DNA of 64,000 nucleotides from Octopus sinensis. Taxonomy: Eukaryota. Below the pieces are notes generated by a model that saw nothing but the letters and a program-made list of their open reading frames with translations, ran no database searches and had not been told where the DNA came from. The position numbers were made by a program, and so were the translations under genes. Positions 1 through 13,879 of this stretch are shown here, piece by piece; within the stretch, counting starts at the first letter, position 1, and each line of letters starts with the position of its first letter. The stretch lies in contig NC_042997.1 in NCBI RefSeq assembly GCF_006345805.1, positions 169,074,001-169,138,000 of the forward strand, given 5' to 3'.

Positions 1-201
1 GTCCAGAAGAGTTGCAGGAGATTCTGAAGTCGTCTGGAGGATGTGGTTGAAGCCAATGGCGATTCTATTGAATGAATTTACTCTTTCATATTTCAAGATA
101 TTGTTATGTAATTTTGGTTTATATACATCTGTTAAAATGAGATGTCAGTGTTATTTTCCTTTTTGTGTAATTTAGACAACAGTTTATTAACTGCAGCCTG
201 T
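1..201 (+). mobile_element. 3' end of a Tc1/mariner-type DNA transposon (degenerate)
   Basis: Frame 1 reads VQKSCRRF*SRLEDVVEANGDSIE*, a typical Tc1/mariner transposase C-terminus, followed by a 3' UTR ending in ...GCAGCCTG|TA. Confidence 0.6.
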
Positions 202-1196
202 ATATGCATACACACACACACATACATATACATGTGTGTGTGTATACACATATATATATGAGTGTGCTCACATATAAACACACACAGAAAGACCCTAACT
301 TTTATATGCTAGTGCAAAAATCAGATTTTCGTTAATGCACATAAAATAAGCTGCAGTTGTATGTCAAAGGAGTAAATGATTTGGTGTGTGTACTGTATTA
401 TTAGTGCCATCCACCAATCATGAGATAGTTCTTTTAAATATTGCTCTCTTGGGATTCTTTTTTACTTTCTTTCATTTTTTTCATCTCTGGGGAATACAAA
501 CAGATTATGTGTCAATTGAATAACTGTTCATGTACATTGATATTACATTCATTAGATAAATGAGCATAAGATACAGTGATTCCTTATTGCAAAAGATATA
601 AATGTACATATGTGTGTTCGTATTTCATGTGTTTGTGTGTGTGTGTGTGCATGTACTTTCATAAGCGTGGGCTTATGTACAAATGTGTGTATCTATGTGG
701 CTATATGTGTGTGTGTGTATGTATTTGTGTATGCATGCGTGTGTGTGTGCACATGTGTGTACACATGTATTTGTGAAATTGTTATCTGATAGGTTAATAT
801 ATTATTTAAACAGCAGACAAAGTGATGTACTACTATGTTGTAATAAACGCTGGAAAATGAGGTGTTAGAAAATAGACATATAAAGCCAAATGTGTTATAT
901 TTATACATTAATGTACAGCTGAATATGATAGGCAGCTTGATATGATTGTATGTTTTCAATAAATTAAATACACAACATGGTCTCAGTTCGCAACCAATTG
1001 CAGCCATATCACTTACTTTCTTATGTCTTTTTTTGCAAAACATTAAATGTGTCCATTTTCTCTCTTTTTCTATAAACGTAAGACTTGTTACATAATTAAG
1101 AATTATTGCACAGTCAATTAACTAAGTCCAAAAAATGTTGTGAGCTGGTAGTGTTAGATACATGTGGTAGAAAATATCTAAAGAACATAAAAGAGC

Positions 1197-2486
1197 AATC
1201 AGGTCATCAAGTATGAAATTTGTAGAAAAGGGGAAAAAGTTTGCTAATGTTTTATAAATACAAGGAATAGTTTTATTCATCGAAGTATGCACCCATATTG
1301 TCAATACGCTTTTGTTATTTCAGCGGTAGCTTTTCTAGCCTGGCACGTAAAAGCCTGGCAATTTAGAGTCAATAAAATCTTGGAAGGCCTGTTTTACAGC
1401 ATTGTTGGAATTAAATTTTTTCCCTATTGAAAAGTTATCCAAATTGTGGAAGAAGTGGTAGTCAGTGGAGGCAAGATCAGGTGAGTATGGTAGATGATGC
1501 AGAACTTCCAACTCCAACTTCTGTAGTTTCGCCAAAGTCATTTTTGTGATGTGTGATCTGGTGTTGCCTTGCAGTAAAATAGGAGTGGATCTGTTGACTA
1601 ATCTAGGTTGGTCTTTTTTTTTGTAAGTTTCTGCATCATTTGGTCCAGTTGGTAGTAGTATACTTCAGCCATGATTGATGAGCCAGGTTTAATGAAATCA
1701 TAATAGATCAAATCTCTGTCAGATCACCAAACACACCATCGGTTTCTTTTGATGAATTTTGCATTTTGGACTGTGTTTTGGTGACCCATCTTTGTCCAAC
1801 CATTGTGCTGAATGTTTACAGTTATTGTATTGGATCCATTTCTCATCACATGTTGCAATTCAATTCAAAAATGATTCATTTTTGTGATGAGAAATAAAAG
1901 CATAAGGCAAGCTTCCAAATGTTGCTGTTTCAGATCTTTATTGAGTTCATGTTGAACCCACTTATCCAGCTTTTTCACTTTACTAGGTGAATCAATATTG
2001 ATTGCTTGCTAACAGCAAACAACAACGATAATTCATGGGCACGCTGAGATGGATCTGACTCGACTGTGGCTTTCAGTTTGTCATTATACACCTTTGTTTC
2101 TGGTCGACCACGTTGCTCATTTGTGAGGTCAAAGTTACCTGAACAAAATTTTGCAAACCAATTTGATACTGTCTGCTGTGTAATAACATTAGAGTGAAAT
2201 ACTCCATTAATATTCCGAGCTGTCTGTGATGCTGTATTTCCAAGAAAGAACTCATATTTCAAAACTGTACGAATTTCCAACTTATCCATCTCTAAACAAA
2301 AATAGCAAAAAAAAAAAACATTTATAAATACTTTATAAAGTGCAAAATGAGTTAGAATAATGAAATAGATGTGTCAGCTTTCTAACCAAAAATAAAGATT
2401 GTCAAAATATATTAATGGCACAAAATGAGCAGCTGTCAAAGTTTACCTTATACCTTACTACAAATTTCATACTTGATGACCTAATA
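1197..2486 (-). mobile_element. Full-length but disrupted mariner element
   Basis: Perfect 25-bp inverted repeats AGGTCATCAAGTATGAAATTTGTAG (1201-1225) and 2458-2482; about 1.29 kb; HTH N-terminus (2289-1975), WVQHEL (WVPHEL-like) and PYSPDLASTDYH motifs; ORF broken. Confidence 0.93.
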
Positions 2487-2559
2487 GTAGAGTTGACTGA
2501 TGTGACAACATTGAGCTTCAGAGATGAGATGATGCAAGATTGTAACATTGTATTGCAGA

Positions 2560-2900
2560 TCAAGCCAATTGATGATGATGGGGTGGAGGTGATGGTGGTG
2601 GTGGTGACGGTTGCAGCAGCAGGGTGGGGTGGGGTTGGTTGATGGCAGTGGTGGGTGGTGGTGATGGAGGTGGTGGGTGGGGTGTGAAAACAGTGGTGGC
2701 AGTAGCAACAGTAGTGGTGATGGTGGTGGTGATTTTGACAGAAAGTGTAACAGTTGTGGTGACAGCAACATTGACATTGGGTGTTGTAGTGATGGTAGTG
2801 CAACTGCTAGTGATGGTGCTAGAGACCTTTGTAGTGGTTATTGGTTGTGGTGTTTGTGTTAGCAGTGATGATGATGATGGTGGTGGTGGTGATGATGTAA
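2560..2900. repeat. GGT/GTA/GAT-rich low-complexity tract
   Basis: Degenerate trinucleotide repeats; overlapping ORFs on both strands are poly-V/T/H/G. Confidence 0.8.
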
Positions 2901-3894
2901 TGACTATATTAAGAATGGTAGACTGAGACATAATTGACTGACTATTTTGTAATAATCTTAACTACATTTATTTAGTGAAGTTACTTATGTGAGTAATCAT
3001 GGGACTTATTTACCAGGTCACAGATTTATAGGAGAAATTAATGAGATTCTATAATATTTATGCCTCTTTCAAAAGCATTTATACCATTAGAAATTAAAAG
3101 TTGCTTACAGAATGAGTCTCCCAGACACTTACCTGTAATCAACTTATTTCTAATTTCACACTATTGTGAATATTAGTTTCTCAAGAATACACAGAAATCT
3201 GAGACTATTGAAGACTTGACTGGGCAGGGAAAATTTTATAAGTGTCTAAAAGATAGAAAAAGATGTTTGAATAAATAATTTCATTGCAGACAGATTTAGC
3301 CATAATTATGTAAATTAATTTCAGCAACAAGATTAAAATTTGTCAGGAAGTGTACAGTCATTTGGTTTAATATGCCCAGAGGTCATTTTTGGAAACATTA
3401 TAGCCAATTCCATAATTTAGTATTTCTTTTAAAATTCCTGTCAGGTTTAGTAATATGATGAGATGTCAGGCGCTGGATTGCTAGAAGCAAACTAGACAAA
3501 ACAAAAGAAATGTGTACATTCTACAACTCTTTTGGTTGTAGTTTAGTCCCAGTTTCCTCAAACTGAGGAAACCTAGGGCCAAAAGCATCTTGTGACTAAG
3601 CTCTCATTTAGTCACAGGTCCATCCCATTTGAGCAAACCTATGATCAGAAGTGCTATAATTAAGACTTCTTTTTAAATCAATGTATCTAATACTGCATTA
3701 TTCAGTACAATATTTGATATCATTTTCAAGATGGAAAAGGGCAATGTAAAAAAAATTTGACTGTTATTTTTTGCAGCTTCAGTAATCACATAGTCACCCC
3801 TTTGTTGGCTTATAACTTTCTCTCTTGCTGTACGAACCCTTACCAGTAGATATAACGAGCAAGTACATTTTATTTAATTTATATACTCAAATGT

Positions 3895-4125
3895 TCCACT
3901 GGCAATCATGAGATCATGGATTCAAGTGGGCGGTGCACTGTATTTTTGATCAAAACATATCATCTCACATTGCTCAGTGATCGCTTCAATATCTGATGTA
4001 TGACATACTGTGCACTTGTTCAGGCAAAATCGATTTGATGGAGAGAGTGAACAAATGTACGGCCTTTGTTCACTATAAACAAATCATTTGTGCAGGTTGT
4101 TAAGCAAGAAACTGCAGAACTGTCT
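3895..4125 (+). mobile_element. Degenerate tRNA-type SINE
   Basis: B-box-like GGATTCAAGT followed by a body resembling the head family of the 45517-45850 element. Confidence 0.45.
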
Positions 4126-4771
4126 TTCTTTGACTTAAGAGACTATCATCAAATATACTCAAACATGTTATATTATTAGTCATGGTATTTGATATCCAAA
4201 TATAATGTTGGAAGAAGTCCAGCTTTTGGTTTAATGTTAAAAGTTGAGGATATACATATCAGCTTGAAAATTTCATAAGGTTTCTCAAATACTTTAAATC
4301 ATTATTTCATTATTTCTTTCAATTTACTCAGTAATTAAATCCTGGATTAAGAAATTAGACAATTTAAAAGATAGAAAAGGTAATTTTGTTTACCTGACCA
4401 ACACCAAGTTATAGTTCTCTTGTGATGATCAACTTTGCGAATAATATTCATCTACATATGATATTTTAATTTTTCAGTTATTAGATTTAGTTTTTAATGA
4501 AGTAGACTGAGACATCTTTTAGCTCTTTCAGTCACTGGACTATGGTCATGCTGGGGCATTACTTTGAAGAGTTTAGTCAAATAAATCTAACCCAGTACTT
4601 ATTTTTTAAGTTTGGTACATATACTATGGGTTTTGTTTGATAACTTATAGGAAGAAAAACAACACCAGTTATCAAGTGGGGCACAGGGTGATAAACAATA
4701 AAGACAAAGATACACACACATGCATATGCATACATATACATACATACAACATACATACATACATACATACA

Positions 4772-5250
4772 CCAAAGAAGACTTGGGATGAGGTAGCACA
4801 GCTTGATCTTCAAACCTTGGGTTCATGGAAGCAATAACTAGTGACTGAGACCTTCGGCAATATGCCATACTTCAGAAGACCCATCAAGCCCAGTGAAATC
4901 ATAATCGTGGCCATTGTCAGTGTCATGTAACTGGCACCCGTGCTGGTGACACATAAAAAGCATCTTTCGAGCATTGGGCCTCACAGAGACAATGACAGAT
5001 GACAGAGACCTTTGGCAAAATGCCAAGGGAAATCATAGTCATGGCAAGTACTGGTGTCACGTAACTGGCATCCATGCTGGTAGCACATAAAAGCACCCAT
5101 TACACTCTCAGAATGGTTAGCATTAGGAAGGGTATCCAGCCATGGAAACCATGCCAAATCAAACTGGAGTCTAGTGCAGCCCCTCAGCTTACCAGCCCAT
5201 GCCATCCAACCCATACCAGCATGGACAACAGATGTTAAATGATGATGATG
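4772..5250 (+). mobile_element. 5'-truncated RTE LINE 3' end
   Basis: PKKTWDEVAQLDLQTLG remnant, shared 3' UTR and (GAT)n tail. Confidence 0.8.
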
Positions 5251-6482
5251 ACACACTACAGGCTTCCTCACAGTTTCTGTCAACCAAATTCACTCAGAAA
5301 GCATTGGTCAGTCTTGTCTATAGTAGAAAGCACTTACTCATTGTCATCTTGGTGCATAAATCAACCTACTTTTTCGACTAAACTTTTATCTGAAAAAAAT
5401 TGACTTCTATGCTAGAAAATATGGAAGTAGTCCATTAAACTGAGTACAGAGCTCAACATAGGTAGTATGCAGAATTTATTTCTTATGACATTAGCGTATA
5501 TTAGATTTCCTATAAGTGTTAACCTTAAATATATATAAATGAATATTTTAAAATTATTTTCTGGCTCACAGTCATGCCATCTTCTGTCCCACAGAGAAAC
5601 AGTTACCATATTCAGTGAGTAACCAGAGTGAAATTGTAATGTCTTTCTTAATGCAACTCACATGCTTAGTATTATGTTTTCTAGAGAGCAATGTGCAAAT
5701 CTGTGGATTAAACATATCTTAGTGTATGTTTTATTATTTTGTCTGAAGAATGAGTCATCAAAACACTTACATCCTCATTTCACCAAAATTAAGTTCCTTC
5801 TAAATGCAGTGGAAATATCAATTTCAAATTTTGGCACAAAGCCAGAAATTTCAGAGGAAGGATAATTTAGTTACTTCAATCCCAGTGCTGAACTAGTACC
5901 TATTTTTATTGACCTCCTAAAAGGATGAAGGACAAAGTAAATTCAATGGAATTTCGAACTCAAAATGTAAAAACTAACAAAATGCCATTTTAAATGTAGT
6001 GGAAATATTATTTTAAACTTATGTAATTGTTCATTAGTACCTGTTTCCCATCTTGAACAGACATTTTAGTAGTTTGACTGAAAAAGAATGGCAGCGCGTA
6101 TCTTTTCCAGCTCTTTCTAGCATATCTTTAGCGTGTAGCTATTGTCTAGTTTGAACCATCTAAATCTTGTAACTGTAACAAACAGTAGTTTGAATTACTA
6201 TAAGTTGGTTACAAGATTTAGAAAGAAAAACAGATTTAAAGACAGCTTAACAGAAAAAGGATTATGTAAGCTAGGTGTTCAAGTGAGTTAGGGTCATAAA
6301 GGGAGGAGGGAGTAATGGTATTAGTTGGAGATGAGTTCAGAGAGAAAACACAGAGAAACATCAGTTGCTTAGTAACTGTATAAGAACAAGAAATGATATT
6401 ACTGAATGTTGCCTATTAACAAACAACCATTTTAAGAGGATAGCATCTTATCTATGTTACTTGAATCAGAGTTTTATATGGC

Positions 6483-6999
6483 ATATACATATATATATAT
6501 GCATTTATATTTACACACACACATACAAATATATATATATTTATATATATATATATATATATATATCTGTGTGTGTATTACATATATATAAATGCATATA
6601 TATTTACATACATATATATCTATATATATCTATATATCAGCATGGCTGCAGCTAAAAGTGGTACATCAGCATGGTCGCAGCTTAACAGCGGTGCATCAGC
6701 ATGGCTGCAGTTCTGAGCTGGAACTACAGAAAAAAATATATATATATGTGTCTATGTGTGTGTGTGTGTGTGTGTTACATGCATACATATATATATTTCT
6801 ACATACATACACATTTATATATATATATATCTTTATATATGTATATCTGTATGTATACGTATATATATATATATATATATATATTACGTTTATTGGCTAA
6901 ACTGGCAAAATGACCATTCCAAAACACAACAATATATATATATACATATATAATATACTCAGAAATGGATGCGTGGGTATTCAATCATATAATAATATA

Positions 7000-7044
<45 letters not shown>

Positions 7045-7065
7045 CATATATGTACATATATACAT
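6483..7065. repeat. (TA)n/(TG)n microsatellite complex with a short central CAGCATGG repeat
   Basis: Directly visible; source of the YIYI-type ORFs. Confidence 0.9.
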
Positions 7066-7283
7066 CATCATCATCATCGTTTAATGTCCGTTTTCCGTGC
7101 TAGCACAGGTTGGACAGTATATATATATATATGCATATATGGGCACAGGGTGTCACAAAACATGAAATACGAAATATGAAGACAAACTTGGGAATGTGAA
7201 CAACAAGAGAAACAATTGGAAAACCAGACAAGTAACATAAAGAATGACTCTTTATCAGTTGTTGTCTGTCCATCTAATCCTCA

Positions 7284-7613
7284 TTTCGAGCAATTAATGA
7301 CAATATGAGACTTCAAAAAGGCAGTTGCTCCTGTGAACCAAAATAAATTTGGGATTTGTGGAGGGTCAAAGTTGGTAACAAAAACAGGATAGTGGAGACA
7401 TACAACAAACCAAACGAAAACAAGGTAGCATTTGCTACCTTACCTCGTCTGGCCTAATGTTTGTTTTTGTTTGTTTACGTTTGGTTAGTTGTATGTCTCC
7501 ACTGTCCTGTTTTTTGTTACCAGCTTTGACCCTCCACAAATCCAAAATTTTTATTTTGGTTCATGGGAGCAACCACCTTTTCGAAGCCTCATATTGTTGT
7601 TAATTGCTTGAAA
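7284..7613. repeat. Long inverted repeat (about 140-bp arms, 47-bp spacer)
   Basis: 7284-7423 is the approximate reverse complement of 7471-7613. Confidence 0.92.
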
Positions 7614-9689
7614 TTAAAACTGAGAATAAACTAAAACTCAGTTTTAGTTTATACACAACTAGACTCAACAACATTCTTTAGTATGCTCTCAATTTTTGAT
7701 AAGGATAAAATATGCATATCCCAGTTTCGTTATCTGCTATTTCCTTCATCAATTCTTCTATAATAATAATAATTCCTGTTGTATGCTTTTTGCACTGAGA
7801 ACAGTGATATGTAATTAATTTAATTTAATCAAATTAATTTTAATTATTCTATCATGTTATTTACATGTTAATATCACTGTTCGAAATGATTGTATGCATG
7901 TATTAAAATTCTTTTATATTTCAACATCTTCTCTTTTCCATCTTTTAACATACTTGTTGGTTTCTATGGGATACCTTTCCATAAATTTTCATAACACACC
8001 ATATAGATGTAATAATAATTTCCTATTCACAAAAATCTTATGCCAGTAAGCTACCAGCAAAATATGAAGACTCTTTGCTAGAAATTACCCTTTGGAACCC
8101 TCCAAAGTAAAGGATGAAATACATACATACATACATACATACATACATACATACAGAAATACACACAAACTCACACATATGCATGAACACAGGCATATAC
8201 AATGATATATATTTGCAATATACCTAGCCAGTGATGTGATTTGGTCATGGTGATATACAGAATGTATAGTTGATGTGAAAGCCAATCAGAGAATGAGATG
8301 TCTAAAGAAAAACAAAAGATGGGAAGAAGTTTCAAAGTACTGTTATTCTTGAGAAGAACTTTCCAAAATGTTTTGGAAAAATAGAGTGAGGAGACAGAAA
8401 GTAATGAATATAGAGTACATCTATCAAATTTTCATAGAATCAAGGGTTGAAGGTAGAAAATCTGAAGGAAGAGCACTGAACATGCAAAGACAAGAGATTG
8501 GAAGAGATGAATCACACATAAAAAAGATAATGTTAGTTCAGTAAAGCTGTAACAAATTTTTTTAAAAATCAATATTATTTTTAAAATGTTAAATACAAGA
8601 AAGATTTTGTATCAAATGGCTCTTGTAAAATGAGACAATCCCAGATTTTGCATGTTATGTTATGTTAAATTAATAATTGCCAATCCAGATGAAGTGAAAT
8701 CCTAGACTGGTTATTAACTAAACCTTCATGAAATAGATAGTTTTGCATTACATTGTACAGCATGAAGATTGAGATGTGATTAGTGGTATTTTGGCAGCTC
8801 ACATTAACAAAAATGTAGCCTAGTTTATTATGACACATACTAGTATTAACTGCAGTAACTGCAAGGTTAGATTATTTAGCACAATTATGATTTCAAACCT
8901 CATCACATCAGAGATGAAGAGTAAAATGAACCTTAATGTGATTTGAATGAAAAACAATAATATACCACAAGTGGATAGAGTTGAGGATTTGTTCTGTCAC
9001 TCAAGTGTACTTCTCTGAAAAGTATATTGAGACTGTAAATTATTCATCCTAGCATTTTACAGACTTAGCTATTTACACTCTTATGGAAAAATATTGTGAT
9101 AAACAGACTCCTCAAAAATGAATCTTACCAAAATGAAAAGTTTTCAACCTATCTGTGAATTTCAAGAAAATAATACATTTAGAACAGCACATTATTGAGC
9201 TTTGACTGCTTGGCAGTAATTTACAGTGCACAGGTACAGTTGTAAATGTTTATATAACAGTTACTCAAATTTACACCCAACCTTTGCCTTTAAGAAACAT
9301 GATAACCAACATTCAAAGCCCCTTGCCTGGTAAACAAGCTATTGATAGAGCTGGAATACAATAGAATTCCAGCTACCACAGAGTAGCAGAAGATTCACTG
9401 AATTAGTTATCCTCTATGTAAACAACTTTTATTTATGAATGTACACATATGAACATGTGTGTTGTGCGTATCTGTATGCTTTTATGTTTGTAACACTAGT
9501 GTACCATGACACTTATTTCTTTAATTATCTTTGCATATATAAACATATGTAAATGTTTATATATCACTATATCAGTAATATTTATATGCACATATTGTGT
9601 GTGTGTGTGTGTGTGTGTGATTTGATGTTATATCATCAGTGGTGAAATAAAATAGCAAGAACATAGTAAGTAGAATAGTACAATGGTAT

Positions 9690-9865
9690 TATATGAAGAA
9701 CAATATACTGACATTATGTAAAGAGCAATATACTGATTTAATAAAAGAAAATCATGTTAAAATGACATTGTATAAAGAATAATATCTGGCATTATAGTAA
9801 AGAACAATATAATGATGTTATAGAAAGAACAACATAATGGTATTATATAAAGAAAATATAATAGC
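9690..9865. repeat. Degenerate AT-rich minisatellite (about 23-25-bp unit, AAGAACAATATAATGACATTAT-like)
   Basis: About 7 diverged copies of AAGA(A/G)CAATATA...ATTAT. Confidence 0.6.
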
Positions 9866-11433
9866 TTTATTACTGAATTCAGAATCTTTTATACAGAAAT
9901 CATACGAAAAGATTATGTAGCTCAATAACCCAGCTGTTAAAATTTTGGCAGCTCACCATTGCATGTATGTATGCTTGAGTATTTATGTTTTTATATGTAA
10001 GTATTCATGTATGCATATACATGTGTGAGTATAAAACTACACACGTGTTCAGTTGCTACAAAATTTTTCGTTTATATTCATGTGTATATAAATGTAAAAT
10101 GTTTGTGTATATTAGTGATATGTTTTTGATAAGGATGGTAAAACAGTGCGTGTTGAATATCAAGGTATGTTAAACTTGTATGTTTCTGTTTTTTTTTTTT
10201 CTCCCTTTTTTCATTCTTTCATTTTGCATACAAAAGTAGGTTAGCTGAATGGATAAGAGGTGAGACCACCTGCTCATAAATCTAAAGTTCTCTCCTTTGG
10301 CACCCTTATTAAGAATAATCATTAATGCTAATGACTGATCTTCTCATTACAGCTGTAATTTTAATGTATTAAGCATTATTTTGCTTCACTACATATTAAT
10401 CCACACTTAACAATATGTTCTTCATGAAGCTGGTACTCCTGGGAAATTTTCTACTACTTTACCTGTTCATAGGTTGTAAGTTCAAATCTAAGACAGGCAT
10501 TTCAAAGTACTTTTGAATGAAACATTATATGCTATATTTCTCCTGACAATGTATTTGTTTGGTTATATATATATACATATATATATACCAGATCAATCTG
10601 GTATCTGTTACCTATGATAGAATTATGACATAGCCAAAGGAAGACTTATCTCTACTGCTTCACATAGTGAAGCCAAAGTTAAGCACCGATTCTCAAAAGC
10701 TCTTTTGATTTGGAAATATTCACTATTTTATATCTATTTTCAATACTAAACATGAGAAAATTAATTTCTTTGTTTGAGCAATGTGATACTAGATTTAAAG
10801 CAAAGTATCATTTGTATTGATAATTTTTCTACTGTGAAGAAGAAGAAAAATTCATCTTGGATAGTCCAGCAAACTGGAGTCACTAAACACATGGGTGTTG
10901 GCTAGAAGTACAGCATGGTAGTTGTTATAAAATTTGGACATATAACCACACGACCTGTAGGCCAGCACATTAACATTACTACAATTACTTTTGCCGGGGA
11001 AAATTAATTTGTCTTATAAGGTGTTAAAAGCCCAGTTCAATCAGCCTTATTGATTAAACTAGCTGTATAACTATACAGAATCTTGTATGTATGTATGTAT
11101 GTATGTATGCATGTATGCATGTATGTATGTATGTATGCATGCATGTATGCATGCATGTGTGTGTGTGCATGAAATGCGTATGCATGTGTGTGTTTGTGTG
11201 TGTGCCTGTATATTTGTATGTGTGTAATTAAAATTTCAAAACTCAGATAAAGAATTCGTGTAACTAACTTCAAAATGAGGTGAGGGCGACTGCCAATACA
11301 TTATAATGATCTGTTTTTACAATAAACTGGTCTTTATAATGTATATGTATGTGGTTATGTTTGTGTATGAGAATGTATTAGTATGTGTGTGTGTGTTTAT
11401 ATATATATATATATATATATAAACATACATTCA

Positions 11434-11590
11434 TAGGCATTGCTGTGTGGTAAGAATGTTGCTTCTCAAGCACATGGTTCTAGCTTCAGTCCCACTGTGT
11501 GGTACCTTGGGAAAATATCTTCTACTATAGCCTCAGGCCAATCAAAACCTTGTGAGAGGATTTAGCAGACAAAAACGGAAAGAAGCCCAT
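11434..11590 (+). mobile_element. tRNA-derived SINE 5' half
   Basis: GCTGTGTGGTAAG...CAGTCCCACTG..GG.ACCTTGGG head shared with 28661, 54289 and 59076. Confidence 0.75.
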
Positions 11591-12008
11591 CATATAACTG
11601 TGTATGTGTGTGTCTATCTATGATGTATAATTTATAAATTTTAATTCTTAATATTACAAAGTAAAGAGTTTTATTCTTAATTTTTCATTCGTAATTTTTA
11701 ATCTTTAATGCTTAATTGTATTGCTTATTTTTAAAGGGATGTAAAATTAGATATATATTATTTTGAAATAGGACCTGAAGATGTGTTGGAATAGTGGTGG
11801 TTTAATAAAGTATGTGATTGAGTATTATCTGGTAATTGAAATTTGATTTAGATGTATTTCTCCATTTTCTTATTAGTAATTTGTGGTAAATCATTTTACC
11901 TTCGCCCATATAATACAGTAAATGAATTGATTGCATTGCAATCCTTAACATTTATGTATTAACTTTGTTGGGTACTTCACTAGCAGTATATTGGATATAT
12001 GTTATCCC

Positions 12009-12064
<56 letters not shown>

Positions 12065-12479
12065 ATACAGTTGTGTATATGTATATATATTGTAATCTTC
12101 CAATACTGAAACATGTGTAGTTCCTTCATATTTAATAGATATAAGTATTAACTAAAGTATGATATAATTAATGAAGTGTATTATATACTCAGCTGGTAAT
12201 TTTGGTTATAGCCTTAAAGTATCATTTTGTGTTGTGCAAACTGATACCATGAGATTACTGTTAAACATACTCATTATATTATTATTGTATTGTCTGAAAT
12301 AGAATACCTGCATATCGATTAATCCCCCAAAATTGAATATTGACTTTTATCAGATAATTTTGTATATTTTTAGAAAATATATATAAATATACGATAAATA
12401 AGACCCCAAAGTATGATATGTAGATGCATATAATGCTGCAGTGTTACACCTGATTGATTTGGAAATTTGTTTTCCCAAA

Positions 12480-12584
<105 letters not shown>

Positions 12585-13879
12585 TTTATTCATAAACATG
12601 TATACACACACACACATATATATGTGTGTGTATGTATGCATACTTACTTCATGATATTCAATTTATATATTCCATGGAATACTGAAATTGTTTTCTATTT
12701 CTCTACAATTCAGATATACACCAGTGTATTTATATGTATACCAGTGGTATACTTTTGTCTACTGAAAAACAAAGTTCTGAACATTATATAAAGGTAAGAT
12801 TGCATTGTATTTTATAAATCAATTTTCAGATATACTGTATATGTATGTATGTACATACAACAATTAATTATACATGACACATCACAACATATCACAGAAT
12901 ATATACTTTTTTCTACATGTAACCATACTTGTGTCTGACTTAGAGTTTGGATTAAAACTCACTTTCATGAGAACATGCAATTAGTAACTGAAATACCACA
13001 ATTAAATTTTGAATTTCCTCATGATATCACCCATTTATTAGCTGTAATATAAGTGGAATAGTAATTAACCACTGCTCTTACTGCCTCTTCTCTTTTGACG
13101 TTGCGCCCTCTCTAAATATTTCTGTCTTTTTCAATCTATAGTCTCTCCCTGTAGATATCTCTCCCTCTCTCTCTCTCTCACACTTGCTCACTCTCTCATA
13201 CTCTCTCTCTCTCTTTCTTTTCTTTCTTTCTCACTCTCTTGTATTCTCTCTCTTTCTTTCTCTCTCTCTCTCTTACTTTTTCTCTCTCTTTGTTGTTTTT
13301 ACATGTCTGACATTGTCATTTTGACCTGGCTCTTCATGTTTGACACTGCATTATCAAATTGTCCATTATAGCCTTGGTGCCCTTTGAGTTGAGTGACCAC
13401 AAAGAGATTCCTCATTGAGGGGTGAGTGGAGTAGGCACATTACACAACTTTCAGGCCTATGTGCACCTTTAGAAGAATTTGATCTGTTGAAAGCATTTGG
13501 ACTGGTACTGGGTCAAAAACAGGCTGAGACTATTACAAACAATAAAAGCATGTGCATAAAGTACCGAGAGAAGAAAGACAACACAAAGATTTTTCAACAC
13601 TTACCTAAACTAATTTTCTAACAAAATTACATCAATTTGGAGGAACATAGGATTAGGCTAATACTGTAGTAGTAATAAATTTATTTAAAGGTTTCAAAAA
13701 TAAAAGATATTTTAAATTTATACTAATAGGTATTTCTAGCTACTACTCCTCTGTTAAATTTATTCTTCTCAATAGATCTCTAATTATCACAATGTAAAAC
13801 TCTAAATTATCTAGACAAGAAGTAGATACTATATTAGCAACTATGGAAACTATTATTGAACTCAAAGGTAATTCTGAAC

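Noticed and set aside
2402-2931. Overlapping Thr/Pro/His/Val-rich ORFs (mucin-like)
   Set aside because: Degenerate trinucleotide tract that is open in several frames on both strands.
3133-3200. Minus-strand exon-like segment with a GTAAGT donor
   Set aside because: Stops in all three frames and no Sec24 similarity.
11434-11500. tRNA gene candidates at SINE heads (also 28661, 45790, 54620, 59076)
   Set aside because: Only A/B-box-like remnants fused to SINE bodies; no complete cloverleaf.
12962-12990. 25-nt minus-strand micro-exon candidate (TTTCAG ... AAA|GTGAGT)
   Set aside because: It has a stop in the phase required by the last Sec24 exon and no homology.
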